Below are positions 9,037 through 16,111 of a stretch of 24,000 bases of DNA, one piece after another. The notes under the pieces are model-generated. The model ran no database searches and was not told where the DNA came from. It saw only the letters and a program-made list of their open reading frames with translations. This stretch comes from Sandaracinaceae bacterium. Its GTDB lineage: Bacteria; Myxococcota_A; Polyangia; Polyangiales; Sandaracinaceae. The stretch covers positions 4,836 to 28,835 of the forward strand of contig JBILQT010000066.1 in the NCBI GenBank assembly GCA_044373065.1, given 5' to 3'. The first letter of the stretch is position 1. Each line of letters opens with the position of its first letter. The position numbers and the translations under genes were made by a program.

Positions 9037-9858
9037 CTATCGCATCCCAGCCGCAAACAGAAAAAGACCGAGCGGGATGAGGTAGATGGCGAAGGCCCAG
9101 AAGCGCCCACGGGCAACGATCTCGCGCAATCCGGCGAGCGAGACGAGCCCAACCACGAAGGAGACCGTCACGCCGACGAGGCCCGGCATTCCAAGCTCGC
9201 TCCACACTTCGGGGTGCCGAAGCTGGAGCAAGACGGCGCCGAAGATGGCGGGCAGGGAGAGCAAGAACGAGAGACGAAACGCCGCCGAGCCAGTGAGGCC
9301 AAGCCACATCGCCAGTGCGATCGTCGAGCCGCTGCGCGATGCACCCGGGAGCACTGCGAGGCCTTGGATGACGCCGAGAAAGAGCGCCTGCGCGACGGGC
9401 AGTGAGGCCTCGTCCTTGGTGGCGCGCGCGCCCGCCCACTTCACGGAACCAACCCAGGCTGCCGAGTAAAGAAGGCAGCCCGCGACGACGGGCATCATGC
9501 GCGACCACGTCTCCACCTGGCCTTCGATCGCGAGCCCGATGATGCCCGTAGGGATCGTTGCGACGAGCACGGTGAGGATGGTGCGTCCCTCCGCTGTCTT
9601 CATCGCCTCGCGCGGATTTCGGAGGACGCGGAAGAGGTCGGCGGAGAGCTTCTTCACATCGTCGCGCAGCACGACGACGGTCGCGATCAGCGTGCCGAGA
9701 TGGAGGAGCACCACCATCGAGAGCGGCACCTCCACCTCGCCCCAGAGCCATGCGGCAATCGCGAGATGGCCATCGCTTGAGATGGGGAGAAACTCAGTGA
9801 CGCCCTGCACGATGCCGAGAAGCATCGCGAGCGTGAGGCTCATTTCGTTGTCCGGCAT
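9037..9858 (-). CDS. uppP: undecaprenyl-diphosphate phosphatase
   Basis: 273-aa polytopic membrane ORF, ATG 9858 (alternative ATG at 9843). It carries the BacA/UppP signatures VQGVTEFLPISSDGHL and LPGASRSGSTIALAMWLG. Its stop lies 9 nt before the manC start. Confidence 0.93.
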   Translation of the reverse strand: MPDNEMSLTLAMLLGIVQGVTEFLPISSDGHLAIAAWLWGEVEVPLSMVVLLHLGTLIATVVVLRDDVKKLSADLFRVLRNPREAMKTAEGRTILTVLVATIPTGIIGLAIEGQVETWSRMMPVVAGCLLYSAAWVGSVKWAGARATKDEASLPVAQALFLGVIQGLAVLPGASRSGSTIALAMWLGLTGSAAFRLSFLLSLPAIFGAVLLQLRHPEVWSELGMPGLVGVTVSFVVGLVSLAGLREIVARGRFWAFAIYLIPLGLFLFAAGMR

Positions 9859-9864
9859 GAGGCT

Positions 9865-10806
9865 TCAGTTGATGTGCGCGGCAACGTCGAGCGTGATCTG
9901 CCAGGCGACGACACGGCCCGAGCGCGGCGCCGTGAGGTTGGCCGTGAGCGCACGCGCGACGCAGGGGCCAAAGCCGTCGTCGTTGAGCTCGGTGTGCGAG
10001 ACGGTGAGCTCCGGCACGTAGGAGTCGTAGTCACCCATGTCGCGCATCCGTGTCGCGTAGCGCATGACGAGCGAGGCGCGTGCTTCGCGCTCGTGCCGCA
10101 CTTCCCAGTCCTGGATGAAGCACTCGGCCACGGCGTGCTTCGACATATCCGCCGCGAGTTGCTCACGCAGGTCGCCGATGTTCGGCTGCTCCTCGGTGGG
10201 CATCTCGAGCGTGGCAGTGACGGCATCGACGGTCGGCGGAGATTGTTCCTGCGTGAAGAAGCGCTCAGCCGGTGTCGCCTGATCGAAGAGCGCGACATCG
10301 AGGCCCTGAAAGCGAAGACGTGCGACTGCGCGACGCACCTCCTCACGCGGTGCAAAGCCCGGCACGGAGGCGCGGAAGCATGCATCGGCTTGATGTGCGC
10401 CTGCCTCACGCGTCGCGGTGTCTGTTGCGGTGCTCAAGATGAGCGTTGCGTGCTGACATGAAATCTCCGCGGGCACGGGTGCGTGCGCCGCCTCGTAGGC
10501 ATGCTGTGCATCGCCATAGGCCCGGATGGCGCCCTCCCAATCGCCTGCTTGCGCGAGGGATTCCGCCGAGCTTGCGAGAATCTCTCCGGCCACGCTCGTC
10601 GCTGCATGCCTGCAGTGATGCTCGACGCAGAGCAGGCCCTCGCCGCAATCCAACTGGCCTCCGCAGGTCGTGCCGGGACGTGCGACGGGCGCGCCCGACT
10701 CACTCTGCGCCGAGACAGGAGACGCGCCCAGATGCGGGGTCTGCGCGGGCCCATTGCAACCACCTGCGACCAAGAGAACGAGAGAGCTCCACCGCTTGAA
10801 CTGCAT
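9865..10806 (-). CDS. hypothetical lipoprotein; Cys-knot-like N-terminal segment, C-terminal region reminiscent of the AgmX/PglI-type C-terminal domain
   Basis: 313-aa ORF, ATG 10806, lipobox LVLLVAGGCNG. It contains CGGQLDCGEGLLCVEHHC. The C-terminal ...AVAECFIQDW...GPCVARAL...VVAWQITLDV pattern resembles myxobacterial AgmX/PglI C-terminal domains. That comparison is from memory and unverified. Confidence 0.65.
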   Translation of the reverse strand: MQFKRWSSLVLLVAGGCNGPAQTPHLGASPVSAQSESGAPVARPGTTCGGQLDCGEGLLCVEHHCRHAATSVAGEILASSAESLAQAGDWEGAIRAYGDAQHAYEAAHAPVPAEISCQHATLILSTATDTATREAGAHQADACFRASVPGFAPREEVRRAVARLRFQGLDVALFDQATPAERFFTQEQSPPTVDAVTATLEMPTEEQPNIGDLREQLAADMSKHAVAECFIQDWEVRHEREARASLVMRYATRMRDMGDYDSYVPELTVSHTELNDDGFGPCVARALTANLTAPRSGRVVAWQITLDVAAHIN

Positions 10807-10878
10807 TCGGCGAGCCTACTCGCGCGCCCCCACGCATGAAAGCGCGAAGGCAGGAAGAGAACGACGTAGGATGCCGCG

Positions 10879-11925
10879 ATGGAAGACGCGAAGGACTTTG
10901 CAGCACGCGCGAACGTGAGCCTCGAAGCCGTCCAACTCTTGCGCGCGAGTGAGGTTATCGACCTGCACTTGGAGACGTACATCCCGCCGCGTCTCTGGGG
11001 CTACGACCTTCACAAGGACCACCTCGGGCGCTTCCCCTGGGGCTACTTTTTCGGGCACCTCGATCTGCCCCGCGTGCACTCGGGTGGGCTCACCGGTGCG
11101 ATGTGGTCGATCGCGACGAACATCACGCGCTCGGGCCCAAAGCGGCCAAGCATCGCGAAGGCGAACGTCGAAGGCTTGCAGGCGGCGCTGCGACAAGACC
11201 CGCGCGTTTCGGTGGTGCGCAATCGAAGTGAGTACGACGCGGCGCGCAGGGAAGGGCGTCATGCAGCGCTCATCACGATTCAAGGTGGCAACGCTTTCGA
11301 AGACGGCTTCGTCGATGCGAGCGGTGTCATCACGCGCGTGACCGTCGTGCATCTGAGCAACTCCACCTTCGGCGACACCTCGAGCCCCGCGCGTTTGGGC
11401 AAGGCGCGCGGGCTCACAGATCTTGGCCGCGCATACATTCGAGCGCTCAATCAGGGGCGAGTGTTCGTCGACCTCGCACATGCCAGCGAGCAGACCTTCT
11501 GGGACGCGCTCGAGGTGCACGACCGCACGCAGCCACCCATCGTCACGCACACCTGCATGCGCTCGGTGAACGACATGTGGCGGAACATCACCGACAAGCA
11601 GGCGAAGGCAATTGCAGACCTCGGCGGTGTCGTGGGCGTGATGTTTCATCGCGGCTTTCTGGGTCGTAGGCACGACGGAAAACCAACCGACGGAAGGCAC
11701 GTGATCACGCACCTTGAGGCCATCCTCCGTGCAGGCGGCGAGCATGCGGCCGCGCTCGGAAGCGACTACGACGGCTTCATCGTCCCGCCCTCCGATTTGC
11801 TCGATGGCGGCGTCGCATTCGCGCGTCTGGTTCAGTACATGCTCGATGCGAAGTGGACGACCGAGCGCATTCAAAACGTGCTCGGCCAGAACTTCCTTCG
11901 CTCGTTCGCAGCGCTGCGGCCGTAG
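10879..11925 (+). CDS. membrane (renal-type) dipeptidase, peptidase family M19
   Basis: 348-aa ORF, ATG 10879. The ordered motif series matches M19: VIDLHLETY (metal His-x-Asp/Glu region), ITIQGGNAFE, VTVVHLSNSTFGD, FVDLAHAS, PIVTHTC, GGVVGVMF and LGSDYDGF. Confidence 0.85.
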   Translation: MEDAKDFAARANVSLEAVQLLRASEVIDLHLETYIPPRLWGYDLHKDHLGRFPWGYFFGHLDLPRVHSGGLTGAMWSIATNITRSGPKRPSIAKANVEGLQAALRQDPRVSVVRNRSEYDAARREGRHAALITIQGGNAFEDGFVDASGVITRVTVVHLSNSTFGDTSSPARLGKARGLTDLGRAYIRALNQGRVFVDLAHASEQTFWDALEVHDRTQPPIVTHTCMRSVNDMWRNITDKQAKAIADLGGVVGVMFHRGFLGRRHDGKPTDGRHVITHLEAILRAGGEHAAALGSDYDGFIVPPSDLLDGGVAFARLVQYMLDAKWTTERIQNVLGQNFLRSFAALRP

Positions 11926-11928
11926 CGC

Positions 11929-12591
11929 CTACGCGCCTCGCTCGAGGCGAGACCGAACGATGCCAAGCGCCTTGGTGTGGATGCGGCTTGCCCATGACTT
12001 CGAGATGCCGAGGTCTTTGGCGATGTCATCCAGCACGCGGCCTTCAAAGTAGAACTCGCGCACGACCTTCAACTCGCGCTCGGGAAGCTCAAGCAGCGCC
12101 TCGCGCACACGCTTCGACTCCACGGCGCGGATCAGTTGATCGTCCGGCTTCTCCACTTCCGCTTCTTCCGCGCTGACAGCCTCGATGACGTAGCTCGCCG
12201 TCAACCTACCGAGCACATCGTCGATGGCTTGGACGGTGGCGTCGATGTCTGCCTTCGCGCTCGCCGTTGCAGCACGATCTTCGGCTGCCTGCTCAAGCAC
12301 GGCATCGGCCGCCTCCGCGAGCTTGCGGGCTTGGTGTGCGCGCCGCGGCAGGTAGGCCATCTTGCGGATGCTGTCGATGCAAGCGCCACGCACACGGTAG
12401 TAGGCGAACGTTGTGAAGAGGACGCCGCGCGTTGGATCAAAGCGCCCCTTCGCCTCCATGAGGCCCAAATAGCCAGCGCTGATGAGGTCTTCGAGATCGC
12501 AGTTCAGGTCCATCTCGGAGCGCACGCGGAGCGCAACGTTACGTACGAGGCCCTGATGTTCGCGAACGAAGTCGTCATCGGCATGCGCCAT
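11929..12591 (-). CDS. RNA polymerase sigma factor, sigma-70 family group 3 (FliA/WhiG/SigB-like)
   Basis: ORF 11929..12600 begins with GTG at 12600. I use the ATG at 12591 (MAHADDDF...), and either start is possible. Region 2 is LVRNVALRV...DLEDLISAGYLGLMEAKGRFDPTRGVLFTTFAYYRVRGACIDSIRK. The region 4.2 HTH is LDDIAKDLGISKSWASRIHTKAL. The stop is only 3 nt from the stop of the convergent dipeptidase gene. Confidence 0.85.
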   Translation of the reverse strand: MAHADDDFVREHQGLVRNVALRVRSEMDLNCDLEDLISAGYLGLMEAKGRFDPTRGVLFTTFAYYRVRGACIDSIRKMAYLPRRAHQARKLAEAADAVLEQAAEDRAATASAKADIDATVQAIDDVLGRLTASYVIEAVSAEEAEVEKPDDQLIRAVESKRVREALLELPERELKVVREFYFEGRVLDDIAKDLGISKSWASRIHTKALGIVRSRLERGA

Positions 12592-12664
12592 GGGAAGCAC
12601 TAGACATTGCCGTCGCGTTCGCCGTCAAGGTTGCGATTCACCTGGGAACGGCGCGTTTCAACGG

Positions 12665-12693
12665 TTGACGCAGCGCGGCGGCTTCTCGATGAT
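12665..12693 (+). promoter_or_regulatory. possible sigma-70-type promoter for lysC (TTGACG-N17-GATGAT)
   Basis: TTGACG at 12665-12670, a 17-nt spacer, then GATGAT at 12688-12693. The homology-supported GTG start at 12703 would then lie about 3 nt from the predicted TSS, giving a near-leaderless transcript. The -10 element is weak, so this is tentative. Confidence 0.3.
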
Positions 12694-12702
12694 GCGGGCC
12701 GC

Positions 12703-13911
12703 GTGAGCTTCATCGTTCAAAAATTTGGTGGCACGAGCGTCGGTACCCCGGAGCGCATTCGTGCGGTTGCGGAGCGCGTCAAGCGCACGCGTGAGGCGGG
12801 CCACGATGTTGTGCTCGTCGCGAGTGCCATGTCCGGCGAGACAAATCGCCTGATTGCGCTCGGTCAACAGTTCTCAGCGCGCCCTGATCCGCGTGAGATG
12901 GATGCACTCGTCGCGACGGGCGAGCAAGTGAGCGTCGCGCTCCTCTCGATTGCGCTGAACGAGATCGGCGTCCCCGCGACGAGCTTTCTCGCGCATCAAG
13001 TTCGCCTCCGCACCGACTCCGCATTCACCAAGGCGCGCATTCGGGGCATCGATGCGGATCGCCTGATCGAGACGGTCAAGCAAGGCCGCGTGGCGATTGT
13101 CGCCGGCTTCCAAGGCATCGACGACGACGGCAACACAACGACGCTCGGTCGCGGTGGCTCCGACACGACGGCCGTCGCGATCGCCGCTGCGCTCGGCCAA
13201 GGCGTTCCGTGTGAAATCTACACAGACGTCGACGGCGTCTACACGGCCGACCCGAATGTCTGCCGCAACGCGCGGAAGGTCTCGCGCATTAGCTACGAAG
13301 AGATGCTTGAGCTCGCTTCGCTTGGCGCGAAGGTGCTGCAGATTCGCTCGGTGGAGCTCGCCATGAAGTACGCCGTGCCTGTGCACGTGCGAACCAGTTT
13401 TTCGGACGCAGAAGGGACGTGGGTCGTGAACGAAGAAGAGTCGCTTGAGTCGGTCGTGGTTGCAGGTGTGACGTCCGACAAGAACGAGGCGAAGGTCACG
13501 ATTCATCGCATCGAGAACAAGCCCGGACGTGCCGCGGCACTCTTCGAAGCACTCGCGGAGGCCCGCATCTCCGTCGACATGATCATCCAGAACCCGTCGC
13601 ACGACGGCTTCACGGACATGACGTTCACGGTCGCCAAAGGTGACCTCCTCCCCGCGCGCGAGATCGCGGCGAAGGTCTTCACCACCAACGAACTCTTCGT
13701 GCGCGAGGACGTCGTGAAGGTCTCGATCGTCGGCCTCGGCATGCGCTCGCATGCGGGCGTCGCCGCGAAGATGTTCGGGCTGCTTGCGGCCGAGGGGATC
13801 AACATCGAGGCGATCACCACAAGCGAGATCAAGGTCAGCTGCCTCGTGCAGGCGAAATACCACGAGCTTGCAGTGCGGGCGCTCCACGACGGCTTCGGCC
13901 TCGGTACCTGA
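12703..13911 (+). CDS. lysC: aspartate kinase
   Basis: ORF 12607..13911 starts at the first TTG after a stop. Aspartokinases begin M-x-x-IVQKFGGTSV, which matches a GTG at 12703 (V/M-SFIVQKFGGTSVGTPERI). It has VVLVASAMSGETNRLI, GFQGIDDDGNTTTLGRGGSDTTA and two C-terminal ACT-like repeats. Trimmed length is 402 aa, typical for monofunctional LysC. Confidence 0.92.
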   Translation: MSFIVQKFGGTSVGTPERIRAVAERVKRTREAGHDVVLVASAMSGETNRLIALGQQFSARPDPREMDALVATGEQVSVALLSIALNEIGVPATSFLAHQVRLRTDSAFTKARIRGIDADRLIETVKQGRVAIVAGFQGIDDDGNTTTLGRGGSDTTAVAIAAALGQGVPCEIYTDVDGVYTADPNVCRNARKVSRISYEEMLELASLGAKVLQIRSVELAMKYAVPVHVRTSFSDAEGTWVVNEEESLESVVVAGVTSDKNEAKVTIHRIENKPGRAAALFEALAEARISVDMIIQNPSHDGFTDMTFTVAKGDLLPAREIAAKVFTTNELFVREDVVKVSIVGLGMRSHAGVAAKMFGLLAAEGINIEAITTSEIKVSCLVQAKYHELAVRALHDGFGLGT

Positions 13912-13939
13912 TCGACGAATCGTTCCCTGAGAACGCAAC

Positions 13940-13979
13940 AGAGGTGCGCAGGACGCGATGAACGCGTGTGCGCACCTCT
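13940..13979 (+). terminator. long hairpin 29 nt after the lysC stop (11-bp outer stem plus 5-bp inner stem); probable lysC terminator/attenuator
   Basis: AGAGGTGCGCA (13940-13950) pairs with TGCGCACCTCT (13969-13979). Inside, ACGCG-atgaa-CGCGT forms a second stem across a 2x1 internal loop. TTCGC follows the hairpin. The 3' arm contains the only plausible start codon (GTG 13968) of the next gene. Confidence 0.5.
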
Positions 13980-14354
13980 TCGCATGTCCCCACCGCTCCG
14001 ATTGCAGCGATCGGCGTCTTGATCGCCGCACTGGCGATAGCCTCGCTCGCTCGCGTGCGGCCTCCCGAAGCGCCGCCGGAGAGGGTGCATGCAACGGGTG
14101 AGCGCGCACCCGCCTGTGTGAACATCAACCGCGCGAACTCGGAGGAGCTTGAGACCTTGCCGCGTGTCGGGCCCAGCCTTGCCGCTCGGATTCTTGCGGA
14201 TCGCGAGGCCCACGGTGCCTTTCCCGATCTGGACTCCCTCGACCGCGTGCGCGGCATTGGGCCCGCCACGCTGCGGGTACTTCGCCCCCATCTCTGTGAG
14301 CTTCGCGTGTCAACGCGCGCGGACGCCTTGCCCGATGCGGGCCCGCCGCGTTAA
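13968..14354 (+). CDS. comEA: ComEA-like helix-hairpin-helix DNA-binding protein with N-terminal membrane anchor
   Basis: 128-aa ORF with a GTG start at 13968. An in-frame TGA at 13959 excludes longer forms. The TM anchor is PIAAIGVLIAALAIASLA. VNINRANSEELETLPRVGPSLAARILADREAHGAFPDLDSLDRVRGIGPATLRVL is the canonical ComEA tandem HhH module. Confidence 0.75.
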   Translation: MRTSSHVPTAPIAAIGVLIAALAIASLARVRPPEAPPERVHATGERAPACVNINRANSEELETLPRVGPSLAARILADREAHGAFPDLDSLDRVRGIGPATLRVLRPHLCELRVSTRADALPDAGPPR

Positions 14355-14384
14355 ACGATCGCTTTCCCTTTCCGAGGAGTTCGC

Positions 14385-15389
14385 ATGCGTCGTTTGTCCA
14401 TTGGCTTGATGGTTTGTGTCGGTGGTTGGGCCATTGCCGGCTGTCCCCCGTCCACACGTACCGACGCAGGCGTCGGAATTGATGCCAACCTTGGAACGAC
14501 GGACGCGAACGTTCCGCGCAATGACGCTTTCGTGGCAGCCTGCGCGACGATGGGCCCCGAGGACACGGCAACGGCCTGTGCTGACGGTTGCAACAACGAC
14601 GGCGACGGCTTCGCGGATTGCGATGACTTCGATTGCTGCGACGTCGTCACCTGCGGCCCCGCGACGGGCTGTGGCCGCCGCACGATGAATGACGCTGGTG
14701 TTCGCGCCGACGCGTTCGTTCCGGCCTGCGCAACGACGGGCCCTGAGGACACCGCGACGGCATGCGCCGACGGCTGCAACAACGATGGCGACGCCTTCGC
14801 CGACTGCAACGACTTCGACTGCTGTGACGTCGTTACCTGCGGTGCGGACACGGGCTGCGGACGTCGTGCGATGCGCGATGCCGGCCCACGCGCCGACGCG
14901 GCTGTGATGGCCTGCGCGGTCACGGGCCCTGAGAACACCGCGGGTGCCTGTGGCGATGCCTGCGACAACGACGGCGACGGCTTCTTTGATTGCGGCGATT
15001 TCGATTGCTGCCGCGTCATCTCGGGCTGCGGCCCGACGACGGCATGCGGACGCGATGCTGGCACGAGCACCCGCGATGCAGGCCCGAGTACCCGCTGTGA
15101 TGCAGGCGCTGGCGCTGCTGCCGAAATGGGCATGGCCGCTTGCACGGACGGCATCGACAACGACTGCGATGGCTTCACCGATTGCCGCGACTTCGGCTGC
15201 AACCGCGATGCGCCCACGCCGCGTGACTACTGCGTCACGACGCCGGAGAACACGCTCGCAGCCTGCTCCGACACAATGGACAACGACCTGAACGGCTTCA
15301 TCGACTGCAACGATCGCAACTGCTGCGGCATCCGCACCGTCGCGTCGTGCGAGGCGGGTTCGTACATCGCTCGCGGCAGCTGCCCCTGA
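14385..15389 (+). CDS. Cys/Asp-rich repeat lipoprotein with five DxDxDG-type (MopE-like putative metal/Ca-binding) modules
   Basis: 334-aa ORF, ATG 14385 with GAGGAG 5 nt upstream, lipobox GGWAIAGC. There are five copies of C-x-DG-x-(N/D)NDGDGF-x-DC-x-DFDCC, for example CADGCNNDGDGFADCDDFDCC and CTDGIDNDCDGFTDCRDFGC. DNDGDGFADCDD fits an EF-hand/Excalibur-like DxDxDG loop. The gene starts 30 nt after comEA-like. Confidence 0.8.
   Translation: MRRLSIGLMVCVGGWAIAGCPPSTRTDAGVGIDANLGTTDANVPRNDAFVAACATMGPEDTATACADGCNNDGDGFADCDDFDCCDVVTCGPATGCGRRTMNDAGVRADAFVPACATTGPEDTATACADGCNNDGDAFADCNDFDCCDVVTCGADTGCGRRAMRDAGPRADAAVMACAVTGPENTAGACGDACDNDGDGFFDCGDFDCCRVISGCGPTTACGRDAGTSTRDAGPSTRCDAGAGAAAEMGMAACTDGIDNDCDGFTDCRDFGCNRDAPTPRDYCVTTPENTLAACSDTMDNDLNGFIDCNDRNCCGIRTVASCEAGSYIARGSCP
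14520..15059 (+). repeat. intragenic tandem repeat: three ~186-189-bp (62-63 aa) modules; two degenerate modules follow to ~15386
   Basis: ACATMGPEDTATACADGCNNDGDGFADCDDFDCCDVVTCGPATGCGRR, ACATTGPEDTATACADGCNNDGDAFADCNDFDCCDVVTCGADTGCGRR and ACAVTGPENTAGACGDACDNDGDGFFDCGDFDCCRVISGCGPTTACGR. The module Cys positions recur at 63- and 62-aa offsets. Confidence 0.75.
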
Positions 15390-15410
15390 ACGGTTGAGGG
15401 GTTAGTAGAG

Positions 15411-15436
15411 AAGGGCGCCTTTCGGGGCGCCTTTTT
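15411..15436. terminator. rho-independent, probably bidirectional terminator between convergent genes
   Basis: AAGGGCGCC (15411-15419), loop TTTCGG, GGCGCCTTT (15426-15434). The GC core GGCGCC/GGCGCC is extended by a G-U and two A-U pairs, so the hairpin and its T run (TTTTT, 15432-15436) together span 15411-15436. The A-rich left flank gives a U-tract on the other strand. It lies between the stop at 15389 (+) and the stop at 15455 (-). Confidence 0.7.
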
Positions 15437-15454
15437 CGTTCCGTCGCTCGGTTC

Positions 15455-15985
15455 TCAGAGTTCGATCAGGCGCTGCACCCGAAGCAGCACCGCGACATCG
15501 ATGGGCTCACTCGCGAAATGGAGGACCATCACATGCGGACGGACTTCAAAGCCGAGCGTCCACTCGCGGTCGAGGACGACATCGCCGCCGACCACCGCGC
15601 CGAGGAGAAGATCACCGCGCAGTTGGCTCGGTAGAAGGCCGTTTGCGTCGACATTCGTGAGGGCGCCGCCCACCGAGAGGCCGACATAAGGAACGAAGCT
15701 CAGCACGTCGATCAAGTAGACGAGATCGGCTGTGAGGGCGCCGCGGTGCGCGCTGGTGAAGAGGAAGGCGTAGTCGACGCGACCACGAATTTCCCATGTA
15801 TCGCCAAGGCCATACGAGACGCCGATGCCCGCGCTGGCACCGTGGGCGGGAAGGGTGGTGTCACCGAAGATCCCCGTGTACCCGAGTGTTGCGCTGAGCC
15901 CGAGCTGGTCCTCGTAGGCGCGCGCGGGCGTCGTGGCCGCGCTGACGGCCAACACCACGGCCGCAGTTCGGAGGAGTGCCTTCAT
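15455..15985 (-). CDS. small outer-membrane beta-barrel protein (OmpA-N/OmpW-like 8-strand class)
   Basis: 176-aa ORF, ATG 15985. The signal peptide is MKALLRTAAVVLAVSAATTPARA-YE. The mature ~150 aa shows alternating hydrophobic/Gly/aromatic strand patterns (LSATLGYTGIF, AGIGVSYGL, WEIRGRVDYAFLF, LTADLVYLI, PYVGLSVGGAL, LLLGAVVGGDVVL, WTLGFEVRPHVMV). The C-terminus is not the usual terminal Phe. Confidence 0.65.
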   Translation of the reverse strand: MKALLRTAAVVLAVSAATTPARAYEDQLGLSATLGYTGIFGDTTLPAHGASAGIGVSYGLGDTWEIRGRVDYAFLFTSAHRGALTADLVYLIDVLSFVPYVGLSVGGALTNVDANGLLPSQLRGDLLLGAVVGGDVVLDREWTLGFEVRPHVMVLHFASEPIDVAVLLRVQRLIEL

Positions 15986-16038
15986 GCGCTAGGGCATAAC
16001 ACGAAGCCGTGATCGCGCGTCGCGGACGGGCGAAAGCG

Positions 16039-16066
16039 TTGACTCATCGAGGTGCGTAGATATCAT
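16039..16066 (+). promoter_or_regulatory. sigma-70-type promoter candidate for the yfgM-like/bamB pair (TTGACT-N16-TATCAT)
   Basis: TTGACT at 16039-16044, a 16-nt spacer, then TATCAT at 16061-16066. This is a close match to consensus and unusual in such GC-rich DNA. It lies about 45 nt upstream of ATG 16112. The longest-ORF start (16052) would sit inside the promoter spacer, which supports the 16112 start. Confidence 0.45.
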
Positions 16067-16111
16067 CCGCCGCCTTTTGTCCTCGGTAGGCATCGAGGGA
16101 CTCGAGAAACC

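Noticed and set aside
12874-14109. Large antisense ORFs opposite well-supported genes: 12874..14109, 17629..18807, 10816..11874, 6581..7624, 2954..3841, 8570..9751, 19856..20914, 200..775 and 5980..6834
   Set aside because: They are Arg/Ala/Gly-rich, low-information translations lying opposite genes with clear family motifs (lysC, bamB, the M19 dipeptidase, manB, the S9 peptidase, manC/uppP). Such long open antisense frames are expected in GC-rich DNA.
14351-15217. 288-aa minus-strand ORF with a QQSKS.QSAKPSPSLLQPSA repeat
   Set aside because: It is the antisense shadow of the Cys-rich repeat gene, and its repeats simply mirror the plus-strand modules. The plus-strand gene has a lipobox, a strong RBS and a synonymous-substitution pattern that supports its frame.
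16052-16111. Longest-ORF N-terminal extensions from the track: 16052 for yfgM-like, 12607 for lysC, 1097 for NUDIX, 874 and 1305 for the small membrane proteins, 6352 for the lipoprotein and 19852 for the TPR gene
   Set aside because: The extensions either overlap neighbouring genes or promoter elements, or they lack homology-consistent N-termini. Internal ATG/GTG starts have Shine-Dalgarno motifs, signal peptides or family-typical N-termini.
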